Source: Armatimonadia bacterium (GTDB lineage: Bacteria; Armatimonadota; Zipacnadia; Zipacnadales; UBA11051). From it: a DNA stretch of 64,000 nt. The notes under the pieces were generated by a model. It ran no database searches. It saw only the letters and a program-made list of their open reading frames with translations, and was not told where the DNA came from. Made by a program: the position numbers and the translations under genes. Positions 9,401 to 18,180 of the stretch are shown one piece after another. The stretch's first letter is position 1. Each line of letters begins with the position of its first letter. Where the stretch lies: positions 1 to 64,000 of the forward strand of contig JBDKRC010000302.1 of assembly GCA_039683575.1 (NCBI GenBank), given 5' to 3'.

Positions 9401-10541
9401 ATCCGATATTCAGGCAATTGATACCAGGACCGGAAAGCAACTCTGGGCCGTCAATGCAGTGCTGGGAATGCCGGCAGTTGCGGACGGAACGATCTTCGTG
9501 TGCCTGTGGAATGGGGACATCCGCGCCCTCGAGGCAGCAACGGGGAAGCTGAAGTGGAGTTTCCCGGCGGCTGAGGGACTCGACCAACCAGTGCCCGCGA
9601 ATGGCGCGGTCTACGCGGGCTCTGAGGATGGGCATCTGCGGGCCCTCAGCGCCCAGAGCGGCAAGCTGCTGTGGGATTTCGACGCCGGCAATAAGGTTCT
9701 GAGCCCAACCGTGGTCAAGGGTGTAGTCTACACTGTCTCCTACAACAAAGACACGCGCTTTCAGAACCAAAAGTACGCAGACCATCTGCCAGAGGATGGT
9801 CATCTCTATGCCCTCGACGCTCGCACGGGCAAGCCCCTTTGGCATTTCGCTGTTGGGCAGGGCATCGACACCCTTCCGGCGGTCCGGGATGGCCTGGTCT
9901 TCGCGCCTTCAAAGGACAACCATGTGCGTGTTTTCGACGCGCATGGCGGGAAGCTGTTGTTCGATTACGAAGCAGGCACCGCCGTCTGCGTCCAGGCCAT
10001 CGGCAGCAACGCCCTCTACTACGTCGGCTCAGACGATGGTCACGTGTGTGCCTTTGATATAGCAAAGATCAAGGCCGGCGTGGCCCCGAAGCTGACGTGG
10101 TGCAGCGACGTGCAGTTCTGGTCTTACCTCATCTGGGGCAAAGGCGGGTTGGCCGTGCGCAAGGTGGCTGACGGCGTCGCTCTCAACCAGATACTCAAGT
10201 ACGACACGTGGTCTTCGGCTGACGCGCTGGCCGTGGAAATCGACCGGCTTGCCAGGTTGGCCGAGCAGCCCAATCGGCTTGGCGACTGGGACGGCCGTCT
10301 GGCACTGTCATTGGATCCGGCGACGCTGTGCCCCCCCGAACTCAAAGTGGTGCAGCCCGAGCTAAGCGCGCAAGGCGTGCGCCCGGCTGCGCAGTTCTAC
10401 CTGTGGGCGGCGAGGCGGGATGACCCCTCTTCTCGTGTTCGCCTGGAGTATGCTCGCGAGGCCTTGCGACTGGCACCAGGGTGGGCCGAGGCAAAGCGAT
10501 TGCTGGCCCGGCCGAACAAGGCGGATCAGGCGCAACCATGA
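6459..10541 (+). CDS. Large exported protein: CsgG-like domain, TPRs and two PQQ/BamB-like beta-propeller repeat blocks
   Basis: GAGAGGA before ATG 6459; signal peptide; MVERLQLNEIL..GADYLLLG CsgG-like; about 19 repeats of the type PVVVDGVAYAGSxDxHLRAFDAxTGKLLW. Confidence 0.85.
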   Translation: MFCKKIVRARAIALACGLLLAILIVAGKPAAAGQQQAQAGLAGDADGKPTFLAVVGFETSARTPEESSFGAALGQELTTRLAMDSTHLAMVERLQLNEILAARGVVKCMLDLGHQPGAVGQEDPEGKPAAEALRAELAQTGDSAQRRLYGADYLLLGFVRCGEKSLVADTRLDTVANGVVRMGVTAEVKRTPEGLEHDLQDLAVALTVKWCEKLGVQVTAEMTRVSEDKPGLYLAWCQAQEHLLRGEFEQCEQVASEALRTVPGDRLLEALSETRDLAYERLIDREKPGSAAWRKWVDENISKAEAALGYARALKTVAAYYAGRAQERAGNLKAAENLYRECLCERPTRVLWDYEAGGDIGTPVVAGGIAYAGSKDGYLRAFDAKTGKVLWGSRTGGRIDTPVVVDGVAYAGSDDHLLRAFDATTGKLLWSFDSECATWPRPIVVSEGVVCTVFGEEHFRSFDAKTGKLLWKFDTDKGIAAWVITGHTALVASEDQHLRAFEAGTGQLLWDAGTPYRVDSLKPVDGIVFALQGVVGAGDALGAYEIKSGRLLWGVKCEGIQAPVVAGGLVYTGADDDHLRAFVAQTGKLVWDFKLQSYETPPVVDGVVYATENGDLRALDARTGKLQWHFQSDKWTGTPAVVDGVAYAYDSSHLRAFDAKTGQALWAVVAEVGDDRPLIVDGAAYCRSGDNHLRAFDAETGNLLFDFVSRNLFHLPAVFSGIAYAGSMDHHLRAFDTAKPAGPDYAERATGRLMQCLANDGQSAEALRLGARLCRETTARAPETSRALQTAVSQAWPELAEARMGLHPRLGSHAGPPQLSWDLALGETRPAARSVSLYGLLLSDGVAYAGWDDGRVQAIDTAKGTVLWEVSVTGLNRALVIANGVVFATGYEGMTALAAKTGKILWRSAALCLDPPVIVNGVGYAAAFENGGRYAPAFLNGHHYLRAFDPSTGKVLWDFVDEGMMGTPVVADGVAFVASPGSDIQAIDTRTGKQLWAVNAVLGMPAVADGTIFVCLWNGDIRALEAATGKLKWSFPAAEGLDQPVPANGAVYAGSEDGHLRALSAQSGKLLWDFDAGNKVLSPTVVKGVVYTVSYNKDTRFQNQKYADHLPEDGHLYALDARTGKPLWHFAVGQGIDTLPAVRDGLVFAPSKDNHVRVFDAHGGKLLFDYEAGTAVCVQAIGSNALYYVGSDDGHVCAFDIAKIKAGVAPKLTWCSDVQFWSYLIWGKGGLAVRKVADGVALNQILKYDTWSSADALAVEIDRLARLAEQPNRLGDWDGRLALSLDPATLCPPELKVVQPELSAQGVRPAAQFYLWAARRDDPSSRVRLEYAREALRLAPGWAEAKRLLARPNKADQAQP

Positions 10542-10695
10542 CCGCCACCGCCGCCCGACGGTTTCGAGGCTCCGGCGTCGGCCAGATCTTGGATAGTCTT
10601 CTGATGAACATGCCCTCGTAGGGACTCGTCCTGACGCCTCCCGCTTGCTGTCTCCGCCTTACTCCCGCTAACTGGCGTCACACGCCGGAATTCGC

Positions 10696-10725
10696 TTGCC
10701 ACGTGGCGCACATATCGTATAGCAT
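10696..10725 (+). promoter_or_regulatory. Candidate promoter for the glycosyltransferase cluster
   Basis: TTGCCA at 10696 followed by TATAGC (16-bp spacer) or TAGCAT (18-bp spacer). Confidence 0.3.
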
Positions 10726-10803
10726 TGAAGTACCGCACTGGCACACTCAGGTATGTATGCAAGGGGAGGTTCCTCTTTGGATTCCGACGCTGGGAGAGTA
10801 GTG

Positions 10804-12006
10804 ATGGGCCCTGATGCCACGGCACGGGTCACGTCTCCTGGCGTGATGCGGGTGGCGATGGACGCTCGCGCGCTTATCGGCGGGGGCGGCGGCCTGCGGC
10901 GCTATACGGCCGAACTCATGCGCGGGCTGTTGGCGCTGGATGTGGACCTGTCGGCCTGGATAGCCGGCTGGCATCTGGGGGAACTGCAGGCGGAGCTGGA
11001 GGAAGAACTGGGTCGTCAGGGCCTGAATCTGCCTGTGGCTGTCGCGAAGGCCCCGGGTAAGGTGCTGTATACCCATCTGGGGTGGCCGCTGTTGTCTTAC
11101 TGGCAGCGATTGCTCCCCTTTCCCCTGAAGCTACCCAATAACATCGACCTGTTCCATGCCATTCATTGGCCGATTCCCATCCGCCGGCGACCGCCGACGG
11201 TTCTGACAATACATGATCTGATCGGGCTGACCAACCCTGAGTGGGTGCCCCCGTTTGTGACCGCCCTGCATCGCGCGATTGCCGATCTGGCGCCGCTTGC
11301 AGCGCAGGTGATCGTTGATTCCGAGGCTACTCGGGCCGAAGTGCTGAAGCAGTCGAGGGTCGAGCCGGAGCGGATCACCGTAGTCCCGCTCGGAGTGCGC
11401 TCGGAGGCCTTCTCCCGCGAGGTCGGTGCCGGGGAACTGGCCGAGATCAAAGCGCGTTATCAGGTGACGAGGCCCTACTTCCTGGCTATCAGCAGCATTG
11501 AGCCCCGGAAGAACCTCACGACTCTTCTCAAGGCCTATGACCTGCTCTGTGAGCGTGGCTTCGACGGTTGGGACCTGCACCTGATCGGCTCCCGAGTGGG
11601 CCACACGCCGGACTTTGAGGCCGCCCTGGCGTCTCCACGCAGGGGTGTGGTACGTGTCAGTGCGCAGGTCCCTGATACTGACATGATCGGGCTGTTGCAG
11701 GGCGCTGGCGCGTTTGTGTTTATCTCCAGGGCCGAGGGGTTTGGTCTGCCGGTGCTGGAAGCCTTTGCCGCCGGGTGTCCAGCGATCGCCGCCAACGCGA
11801 CGTCACTGCCCGAGGTAGCTGGCGAGGCGGCCTTGCTGGTAGACCCGCTGGACCCGCAGGCGGTTGCGGACGCGATGCTGCGGCTGGCCACCGAACCTGC
11901 GCTCGCGGAGCAATTGCGTGACCGCGGCCGTGCCCGGGTGCAGGAGTTCACCTGGGAGCGAACGGCCCGGGAGACCTTGGAAGTATACCGGAAGGCTCTG
12001 GCATAG
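10804..12006 (+). CDS. GT4 family glycosyltransferase
   Basis: MRVAMDAR, VLTIHDL, IEPRKNL and EGFGLPVLEA..G motifs. Confidence 0.92.
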   Translation: MGPDATARVTSPGVMRVAMDARALIGGGGGLRRYTAELMRGLLALDVDLSAWIAGWHLGELQAELEEELGRQGLNLPVAVAKAPGKVLYTHLGWPLLSYWQRLLPFPLKLPNNIDLFHAIHWPIPIRRRPPTVLTIHDLIGLTNPEWVPPFVTALHRAIADLAPLAAQVIVDSEATRAEVLKQSRVEPERITVVPLGVRSEAFSREVGAGELAEIKARYQVTRPYFLAISSIEPRKNLTTLLKAYDLLCERGFDGWDLHLIGSRVGHTPDFEAALASPRRGVVRVSAQVPDTDMIGLLQGAGAFVFISRAEGFGLPVLEAFAAGCPAIAANATSLPEVAGEAALLVDPLDPQAVADAMLRLATEPALAEQLRDRGRARVQEFTWERTARETLEVYRKALA

Positions 12007-12030
12007 CCCGGACTGGGTAGGGTAGCCCTT

Positions 12031-13170
12031 TTGCGAATCTTGATTTCCTCCCTCAATTCTGCCGCCTGGCTCGCTGAGGCCCTTGCGGCCGAGGCCCGCT
12101 GCGAGGTTCACGCCCTGCACGCCTCTTGCGTCAATCTGGGCGATTTCGGCACGTCCACGCCACAACCGGTCCCGGGAGCCGCTCACCACCTGCATACGCT
12201 GCCCGTCTTCCCTCGCCGGCCCTACACTTACAGTCTCTACCAGCGGGGCCTGAGCCGGTTTCTCAAGCGTCTGCAGCCCGACGTCATCTACCACCTCGGG
12301 GAGCCTTCGGAGCTCAATACGGCGCAAGTCGTGCATGCCGCCCGTCGCCAGTGTCCCCAGGCCCGGCTGGTGCTGTTCTCCTTTGAGAACGTCCGGCATG
12401 ATTGGTCTGGCCTGCCGCGCTGCCTGCGCGGGATGGCCCAGCGTTACGTCCTGCCGCGCCTGGACTGGGTGGCAGCGTGCAGCAACTCGGCGCGCCTTGT
12501 GCTGGAGGCCGACGGCTTCCCCCCTGAGCGCATTCGGATCGTGCCTCAGGCGGTGGACGACTCCGCCTTTGCTCCGCAGCCTGATCCGGCCCTCAGGCGC
12601 ACTCTCTGCGCCGACGATGGCTTTCTGATCGGCTATATCGGACGGCTCGTGCCCGAAAAGGGCGTGGATGTACTCCTACGGGCCCTCGCCGAACTGCCGC
12701 CGCAGTGCGTGCTGGCCGTGGTCGGCACCGGACGCGAGGCGGAGCCCCTGCGTGCCCTGGCCGCGGAACTGGGGGTGGCCGACCGGGTCCGCTGGCTGGG
12801 GTGGGTTGACCGCTGGCGGCTTGCCCCCTATGAGTCGACCTTCGACGCCATCGTTCTGCCCTCTCGTGGCATCCCCACCTGGCAGGAGCAGTTCGGCGCG
12901 GTGCTCGTGGAGGCCATGTACTGCGAGACCGCGGTCATCGGCTCCTCCTCAGGGGCAATACCTGAGGTGATTGGCGACACCGGGCTGGTATTTCCTGAGG
13001 AGGAGGCGGTGGCACTGGCGGGATGTCTGCGGCAGTTGCAGGATGACGCCGGGTTGCGTCGCCGATTGGCTGTCGCGGGGCGTGAACGCGCGTTGCGCGA
13101 GTTTTCCATCCCCGCCTATGTGCGGAAGCTGCTGGCCCTGTTTGACGAGGCGCTACAACATGACAAGTAG
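12031..13170 (+). CDS. GT4 family glycosyltransferase
   Basis: GYIGRLVPEKGVDVLLRA and WQEQFGAVLVEAM..SSSGAIPEVI motifs; TTG start. Confidence 0.92.
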   Translation: MRILISSLNSAAWLAEALAAEARCEVHALHASCVNLGDFGTSTPQPVPGAAHHLHTLPVFPRRPYTYSLYQRGLSRFLKRLQPDVIYHLGEPSELNTAQVVHAARRQCPQARLVLFSFENVRHDWSGLPRCLRGMAQRYVLPRLDWVAACSNSARLVLEADGFPPERIRIVPQAVDDSAFAPQPDPALRRTLCADDGFLIGYIGRLVPEKGVDVLLRALAELPPQCVLAVVGTGREAEPLRALAAELGVADRVRWLGWVDRWRLAPYESTFDAIVLPSRGIPTWQEQFGAVLVEAMYCETAVIGSSSGAIPEVIGDTGLVFPEEEAVALAGCLRQLQDDAGLRRRLAVAGRERALREFSIPAYVRKLLALFDEALQHDK

Positions 13171-13188
13171 GCCGCAAGGGAGCCGGCC

Positions 13189-13989
13189 ATGACGCCCGAC
13201 GCTGAGGCTCGCCCGCTGATCAGCGTGGTCATCCCTACCTGCAGCGCAGACAGGTTCCTGCCTGATTGCCTGCGCTCGCTGCAACGCCAGAGCATGGCCG
13301 ATTTCGAGGCCATTGTCGTGGACAACGGCTCCACTGACGAGGCTGCGGCAGCCCTTACCGCCGAGTTCCCCTGGGTGCGCATGATCCGTCTGCCGGGCCG
13401 GCAGGGCTTTAGCAAGCCAGTCAACGCCGGCTGCGGCGCCGCTGAGGCGGACCTGGTCTTCGTGCTCAACGATGATACCGTCCTTGAGGACGAATGCCTG
13501 CAGGAGTTGCTTGCTGCGGCGCAGGCGCACCCGGAGGTCTCCTTCTTCGCCGCCTTGATGGTCTACTATGACGCGCCCGAGACCGTGAACAGCGCGGCCC
13601 ACGCGCTTTTGTCATGGGGCGCCGCGGTTGACTGGGGGTTGGGGCAGCCCCTGTCGGAGGAGTACCTGCGTCCCCAGCCTGTGTTTGGGGCCTGCGCCGG
13701 GGCTGCGCTGTACCGCCGCGCGCTGCTGCAGGAACTGGGCGGCTTTGATGAGACCTTCCATTTTCTGCATGAGGACGTGGACCTGGACTTCCGCGCGCAA
13801 CTGGCCGGACACACCTGCTGGACCGTCCCTACCGCGCGGGTGCGGCATCGCGTGTCGCAGTCCCTTGGCGCGGACTCGCCGTCGGCCATCGAGGCGGGCT
13901 TCCGCAATGCCGCGCTGGTGTTGGGGAGACCGGGCAGTGTGGACTTCCGGCTACCTGCCGCAGGGGCACTTTACTCGGAGGTTTTGTAG
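13189..13989 (+). CDS. GT2 family glycosyltransferase, C-terminus apparently truncated
   Basis: ISVVIP, VVDNGSTD, LNDD, GACAGAALYR and GGFDE..EDVDL motifs; ends about 25 aa after the RN motif. Confidence 0.85.
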   Translation: MTPDAEARPLISVVIPTCSADRFLPDCLRSLQRQSMADFEAIVVDNGSTDEAAAALTAEFPWVRMIRLPGRQGFSKPVNAGCGAAEADLVFVLNDDTVLEDECLQELLAAAQAHPEVSFFAALMVYYDAPETVNSAAHALLSWGAAVDWGLGQPLSEEYLRPQPVFGACAGAALYRRALLQELGGFDETFHFLHEDVDLDFRAQLAGHTCWTVPTARVRHRVSQSLGADSPSAIEAGFRNAALVLGRPGSVDFRLPAAGALYSEVL

Positions 13990-14913
13990 ATGTCTGTAAT
14001 GGGCGCACTGACGAGATTTGAGCGATGGTATGCCTATACTTGTCGGCCCCATAGAGGCAAGGGGATAGTCCTGCGTCTGCTGCAGAAGCTGGTGCGCGGA
14101 CGCGTGTTCGTCGCCGACCTTGACCAAGGCTTCCGCATGTGGCTCCACACTGATGACTGGGTGACCAGCGAGATGTTCTTCAGCGGCACTTGGGAAGACC
14201 AGAACACTCGGGTCGTCCGGCGCATACTTGAGTCAGCTTGCGCCTTCGTCGATGTCGGTGCTAACATCGGCTACTATACGCTTCTTGCTAGCAAGGTACT
14301 GAAGCACGGAGCGGTGTTCGCTTACGAACCCATGCCAAGCACCTTTGAATGGTTGGAACGTAACATTCGCCTGAACAAGTGTCGTAATGTGGAGTGCTTT
14401 CCCATTGCGATAAGTGACCAGGTGGGCGAAACGACTATACACCTGTTCGCGAGTGACTCGTTTGCAAGTGCCTCACAGTTTCAAGCTTGGCGCAGCGACG
14501 CCGTAGAGAGCGTGCGAGTGCCGACAACAACCTTGGACTCACACCTGCTTCCGCGACTCCCGAAGGTGCCCTCAAATATGCTGATGAAGGTTGATGCTGA
14601 AGGTGGGGAGTTTGCCATCTTTCGGGGTGCCGAGCAGCTGTTGACGAGTGTGCGGCCCATTCTCATGTTCGAGCTATTCCCGGCTCTCGCGGATGCTGCT
14701 GGCTGGCAGCCGGAGCAGTTGCTCGGTCACCTCAAGGGATATGGCTACGAGTTCTTCATACCCCAGCCGGACGGGACAGTCAGACCGCTCGTGGACGATG
14801 ACATCCCGTCTCCAAGTATAGAGGGTCACATTGACGTCTTTGCATTTCGGGGGGATGTCGAATGGCATCGCCAATGTCTTCCGAGGTGCACCAATGAAAG
14901 TGGGGCCGACTAG
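13990..14913 (+). CDS. FkbM family SAM-dependent methyltransferase
   Basis: FVDVGANIGYYTL, AYEP, TTLD and MKVDAEGGE motifs; GGAGG before the ATG; visibly lower GC than neighbours. Confidence 0.92.
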   Translation: MSVMGALTRFERWYAYTCRPHRGKGIVLRLLQKLVRGRVFVADLDQGFRMWLHTDDWVTSEMFFSGTWEDQNTRVVRRILESACAFVDVGANIGYYTLLASKVLKHGAVFAYEPMPSTFEWLERNIRLNKCRNVECFPIAISDQVGETTIHLFASDSFASASQFQAWRSDAVESVRVPTTTLDSHLLPRLPKVPSNMLMKVDAEGGEFAIFRGAEQLLTSVRPILMFELFPALADAAGWQPEQLLGHLKGYGYEFFIPQPDGTVRPLVDDDIPSPSIEGHIDVFAFRGDVEWHRQCLPRCTNESGAD

Positions 14914-14915
14914 AG

Positions 14916-15075
14916 ACTACCTCGCCGGGACGTTGCGTCGTTACTATGAAGTGCCCCAGTGCCTGCACGGCTGCGGCATTCGCTGACATACCGTTTCCTG
15001 CGGCGGTACTACCTCATGGAGACAGATCTGCAATCCTACCACGGTGCTCTCCTGATCGTGGCCCGAAAGGCCTAA
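14916..15075 (+). pseudogene. Possible orphan C-terminal gene fragment (methyltransferase-like tail)
   Basis: Reads DYLAGTLRRYYEVP, then in another frame ARLRHSLTYRFLRRYYLMETDLQSYHGALLIVARKA-stop (TAA 15073-15075), 5 bp before the next ATG. Confidence 0.3.
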
Positions 15076-15080
15076 AGCCC

Positions 15081-16346
15081 ATGCGAATCGCCATCTACCA
15101 CAACGTACCGTCCGGCGGCGCCAAGCGTGTGGCTTACGAACACTGTAAGCGTCTTGTAGCCGCCGGGCATGAGGTCACCGTCTTTCAGCCCAGCACGGCT
15201 GACCTCGCCTTCTGTGACTTGGGTCAGGTTGCCACTCGGCAAGTAACGCTGCCCCTGAGCATGGGACACTTGCCCGCGTCGGCGCCCACGAAGCTGCGCA
15301 TGGCAATCTACCACGCCAAGCTTGCGAGGGGCTATCGGAACCTGGCCCGGCTGCAGGCCCAGATCGCCCGGCAGATTGACGAAGAGGGCTTTGACCTGCT
15401 CTACGCCCACCACGACATGTATGAGACGGCTCCGTCGCTCCTGCGGCTGACGCGCCTGCCCTCGGTATATTTCTGCCAGGAGCCGTCACGTGGTGTATTT
15501 GAGGCTCCCCTGGTAGCCGAAGGCCACCCGCCGATGTGCGCTCGAAACTTCACACACATGGTTCTAAAGTCCCTGTTTGGCAACCCCACCGGCGAGGCCA
15601 TGTTGCGCTTCCGCCGCATGAATGAGCGGATCAATACCCTGGCGGCGACCCTGGTGCTCGCCAACTCGACCTACTCCTGCGAGTCCATCCTGCGCGCGCA
15701 CGGGTGCGTAGCCCGCCGCTGCACGCTCGGGGTGGATGTGGATTTCTTCACGCCGGGGGAGGAGAAGCAGGACTATGTGCTGTCCGTCGGCGCTTTCGAC
15801 CCCCTCAAGGGCTTCCGTTTCCTGATCCGCGCGCTGGGCTGCGTGCCCTCCGGCAGCCGCCTGCCACTCATAATCGCCGGAGACCGCGGCGTCGCTGGGG
15901 AAGAGGGGAGGCTGCACGAACTGGCGCGCGAGTACGGTGTGGAATTGACCACCCGCCCCGCAGTGAAGGATCAGGACCTGCGCGACCTGTACCGCAAGGC
16001 GCGCCTGTTCCTGTATGCGCCCTACATTGAGCCGCTGGGGCTCACACCGCTGGAGGCGATGGCGTGCGGCACTCCGGTGCTGGGCGTGCGCGAGGGAGGG
16101 GTCCGTGAGACCGTCGTGGACGGACACTGTGGGCGTCTGGCGGACCGCAATGAGGAGCAGTACGCGCAGATAATGGCAGAGTTGCTTGCCGATGGCGGCC
16201 AGACCGACGCTCTGGGCCAGCGTGCGGTGCAATACGTGCGGGACAACTGGACCTGGGACCGGTCGGTGGAGGAGTTGCTGGCTGCTTTCGCGCTGGCCCG
16301 CGAGGGACGCCCCTCGTGTGCTCCACAGCCCGCTGGACCGGCCTGA
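15081..16346 (+). CDS. GT4 family glycosyltransferase
   Basis: MRIAIYHNVPSGGAKR, VGAFDPLKG and EPLGLTPLEAMACGTPV motifs. Confidence 0.92.
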   Translation: MRIAIYHNVPSGGAKRVAYEHCKRLVAAGHEVTVFQPSTADLAFCDLGQVATRQVTLPLSMGHLPASAPTKLRMAIYHAKLARGYRNLARLQAQIARQIDEEGFDLLYAHHDMYETAPSLLRLTRLPSVYFCQEPSRGVFEAPLVAEGHPPMCARNFTHMVLKSLFGNPTGEAMLRFRRMNERINTLAATLVLANSTYSCESILRAHGCVARRCTLGVDVDFFTPGEEKQDYVLSVGAFDPLKGFRFLIRALGCVPSGSRLPLIIAGDRGVAGEEGRLHELAREYGVELTTRPAVKDQDLRDLYRKARLFLYAPYIEPLGLTPLEAMACGTPVLGVREGGVRETVVDGHCGRLADRNEEQYAQIMAELLADGGQTDALGQRAVQYVRDNWTWDRSVEELLAAFALAREGRPSCAPQPAGPA

Positions 16347-16372
16347 GCGTGTTCGATGCTGATGAGATCACT

Positions 16373-17761
16373 ATGACCGTGACCGGCGGCGGAGAACCCG
16401 GCACAGGCGGTATCCCGGCGGCGGCCCCGGGGACAAAGGAGGCAGTGACCATCGACTCCCGACGCGAGCTCTTCATTGACAGCTATCTGGTGGACAACCT
16501 CTCAGGTACCGCACGGCGGCGCATGCACAACCCGCAGTTCCGCCAGCCCGTACTGCAGTTGGACGCCCCCTGTGAAGGTACAGTCTCAGCGTACTTCGCT
16601 GTGATGCGGGTAGAGGGCAAGATAAGGCTCTACTACCGCGGCCAGGGCAGCGAGGGGAAGCCGGAGACCACGTGCGTGGCAGAATCCGAGGATGGTATCA
16701 ATTTCACGAGGCCGAAAGTGGGGATCTTCGAGTGGGAGGGCAACAAGGACAACAACATTGTCTGGCTCGGAGAAGGCAACCACAACTTCACGCCCTTCCT
16801 TGACCCCAATCCGGCGGCAGCGCCCGAGCAGCGGTTCAAGGCACTGGCGAGCGTGGGGCCGAAGGGGCAACTGGCGACCTTCGTCTCCGCCGACGGGTTT
16901 GCCTGGAAGCGCCTGCGCGACGAGCCTGTCATCACCAAGGGGGCCTTCGACTCGCAGAACCTGGCCTTCTGGGACCCGCTGCGCAAGCTCTACGTGGAGT
17001 ACCACCGCGGCTTCCGCGACGGTGTCAGAGACATCATGACCTCCACTTCGGCCGACTTCCTCACCTGGACCGAGCCGCAATGGCTGGATTACGGGGAGGC
17101 GCCGGCTGAGCACCTGTACACGAACGCAATCACACCATACTTCCGCGCTCCGCACCTGTACGTGGGGCTTCCGAACCGTTACGTCCCGGGCCGGAAGAAG
17201 ATTGCCACCCACAAAGAGGACGGCGTCGATGACGCCCTGCTGATGAGCAGCCGTGACGGCCTGCACTTCGAGCGCTGGCGAGAAGCCTTCCTGCGGCCGA
17301 CGCTCGATGACGAGAACTGGACCGACCGCAACAACTACATTGCGTGGGGCATCGTGCCGCTGAACGAGCGCGAGATTGCGATCTACTCAACTGACCACTA
17401 CCGCCACCCCACTGCCCGCGTGGTCCTGAACACGATCCGTACCGACGGCTTCGCCTCCCTCTATGCTGACGCCGAGGGCGGCCAGGCCCTCACCCGGCCC
17501 TTCACCTTCAGCGGCAAGCGCCTCGAGGTCAACTACGCCACGTCGGCGGCTGGTAGCCTGCGCTTTGAGCTCTGTGATGCCACGGGCAAGGCTCTGCCTG
17601 GCTTCAGCATGGCCGACAGCGAGTTGCTCTATGGCAACGAACTGGCCCACACCGTGGCGTGGCGCGGCGGAACGGACGTAAGCGCGCTGGCGGGGCAGAC
17701 GGTGCGGCTGAGGGTCAACCTAGAAGACGCGGACCTGTTCTCAGTGATGTTCTGCCCGTAG
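16373..17761 (+). CDS. Putative five-bladed beta-propeller glycoside hydrolase-like protein
   Basis: RELFID, Asp-box-like SEDG/SADG/SRDG repeats, FDSQN..FWD and RTDGFASL; pattern of a common uncharacterised GH-like family. Confidence 0.65.
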   Translation: MTVTGGGEPGTGGIPAAAPGTKEAVTIDSRRELFIDSYLVDNLSGTARRRMHNPQFRQPVLQLDAPCEGTVSAYFAVMRVEGKIRLYYRGQGSEGKPETTCVAESEDGINFTRPKVGIFEWEGNKDNNIVWLGEGNHNFTPFLDPNPAAAPEQRFKALASVGPKGQLATFVSADGFAWKRLRDEPVITKGAFDSQNLAFWDPLRKLYVEYHRGFRDGVRDIMTSTSADFLTWTEPQWLDYGEAPAEHLYTNAITPYFRAPHLYVGLPNRYVPGRKKIATHKEDGVDDALLMSSRDGLHFERWREAFLRPTLDDENWTDRNNYIAWGIVPLNEREIAIYSTDHYRHPTARVVLNTIRTDGFASLYADAEGGQALTRPFTFSGKRLEVNYATSAAGSLRFELCDATGKALPGFSMADSELLYGNELAHTVAWRGGTDVSALAGQTVRLRVNLEDADLFSVMFCP

Positions 17762-17855
17762 AGGGCCGGCAGAGCCCTGCACCATCCCTTTCTGCAGGAG
17801 TGGGCGGGCTTGCGCGGAAGCTTGGGGGGGCATTTACGAAGGGGTTTGTCTCTGG

Positions 17856-18170
17856 TCAGCGCTCTGTGGGCCGTTGGGGGGCCTCATCAAGCCTCGCAAG
17901 TCGCAGCGCCAAGGCGGCCACCGCTGCATGTACAGGCACGTCGTCAAATCCCTGGTCGAGGTGCCAGGCAACGAGGCCGTGGCCTAGCATTGCGAGCCGG
18001 TTGAGGGGCGGAGTGGGCTCGGCCAATAGTGCCTCCGCTTGCTTCAGCCTGTCCAGTACTGACCGCGGCAAGCTACCAGGCTCGGCGTCAGCGCGCCTGC
18101 GCACGTCTTGTATCTCGGCCAGTAGCTCGGCCTGCAGCCTCTCGCTCCACTTTGGTGGCATCAGATCCAC
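17856..18170 (-). CDS. Small helical protein; candidate Tsi6-like immunity protein
   Basis: 104 aa, no signal peptide, starts 10 bp after the upstream stop with a GAGGGGG RBS; V..R....PG...S...L...L..L..G..A pattern. Confidence 0.55.
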   Translation of the reverse strand: MDLMPPKWSERLQAELLAEIQDVRRRADAEPGSLPRSVLDRLKQAEALLAEPTPPLNRLAMLGHGLVAWHLDQGFDDVPVHAAVAALALRLARLDEAPQRPTER

Positions 18171-18180
18171 GCCCCCTCGC

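Noticed and set aside
4906-9845. Long antisense ORFs (4906..6297, 6918..8192, 8193..9845; similarly 36084..37571)
   Set aside because: Shadow ORFs of GC-rich coding genes with no motifs of their own.
13924-13937. 14-bp GGGAGACCGGGCAG also found at ~37581
   Set aside because: A match of this length is expected by chance in 64 kb of GC-rich DNA.
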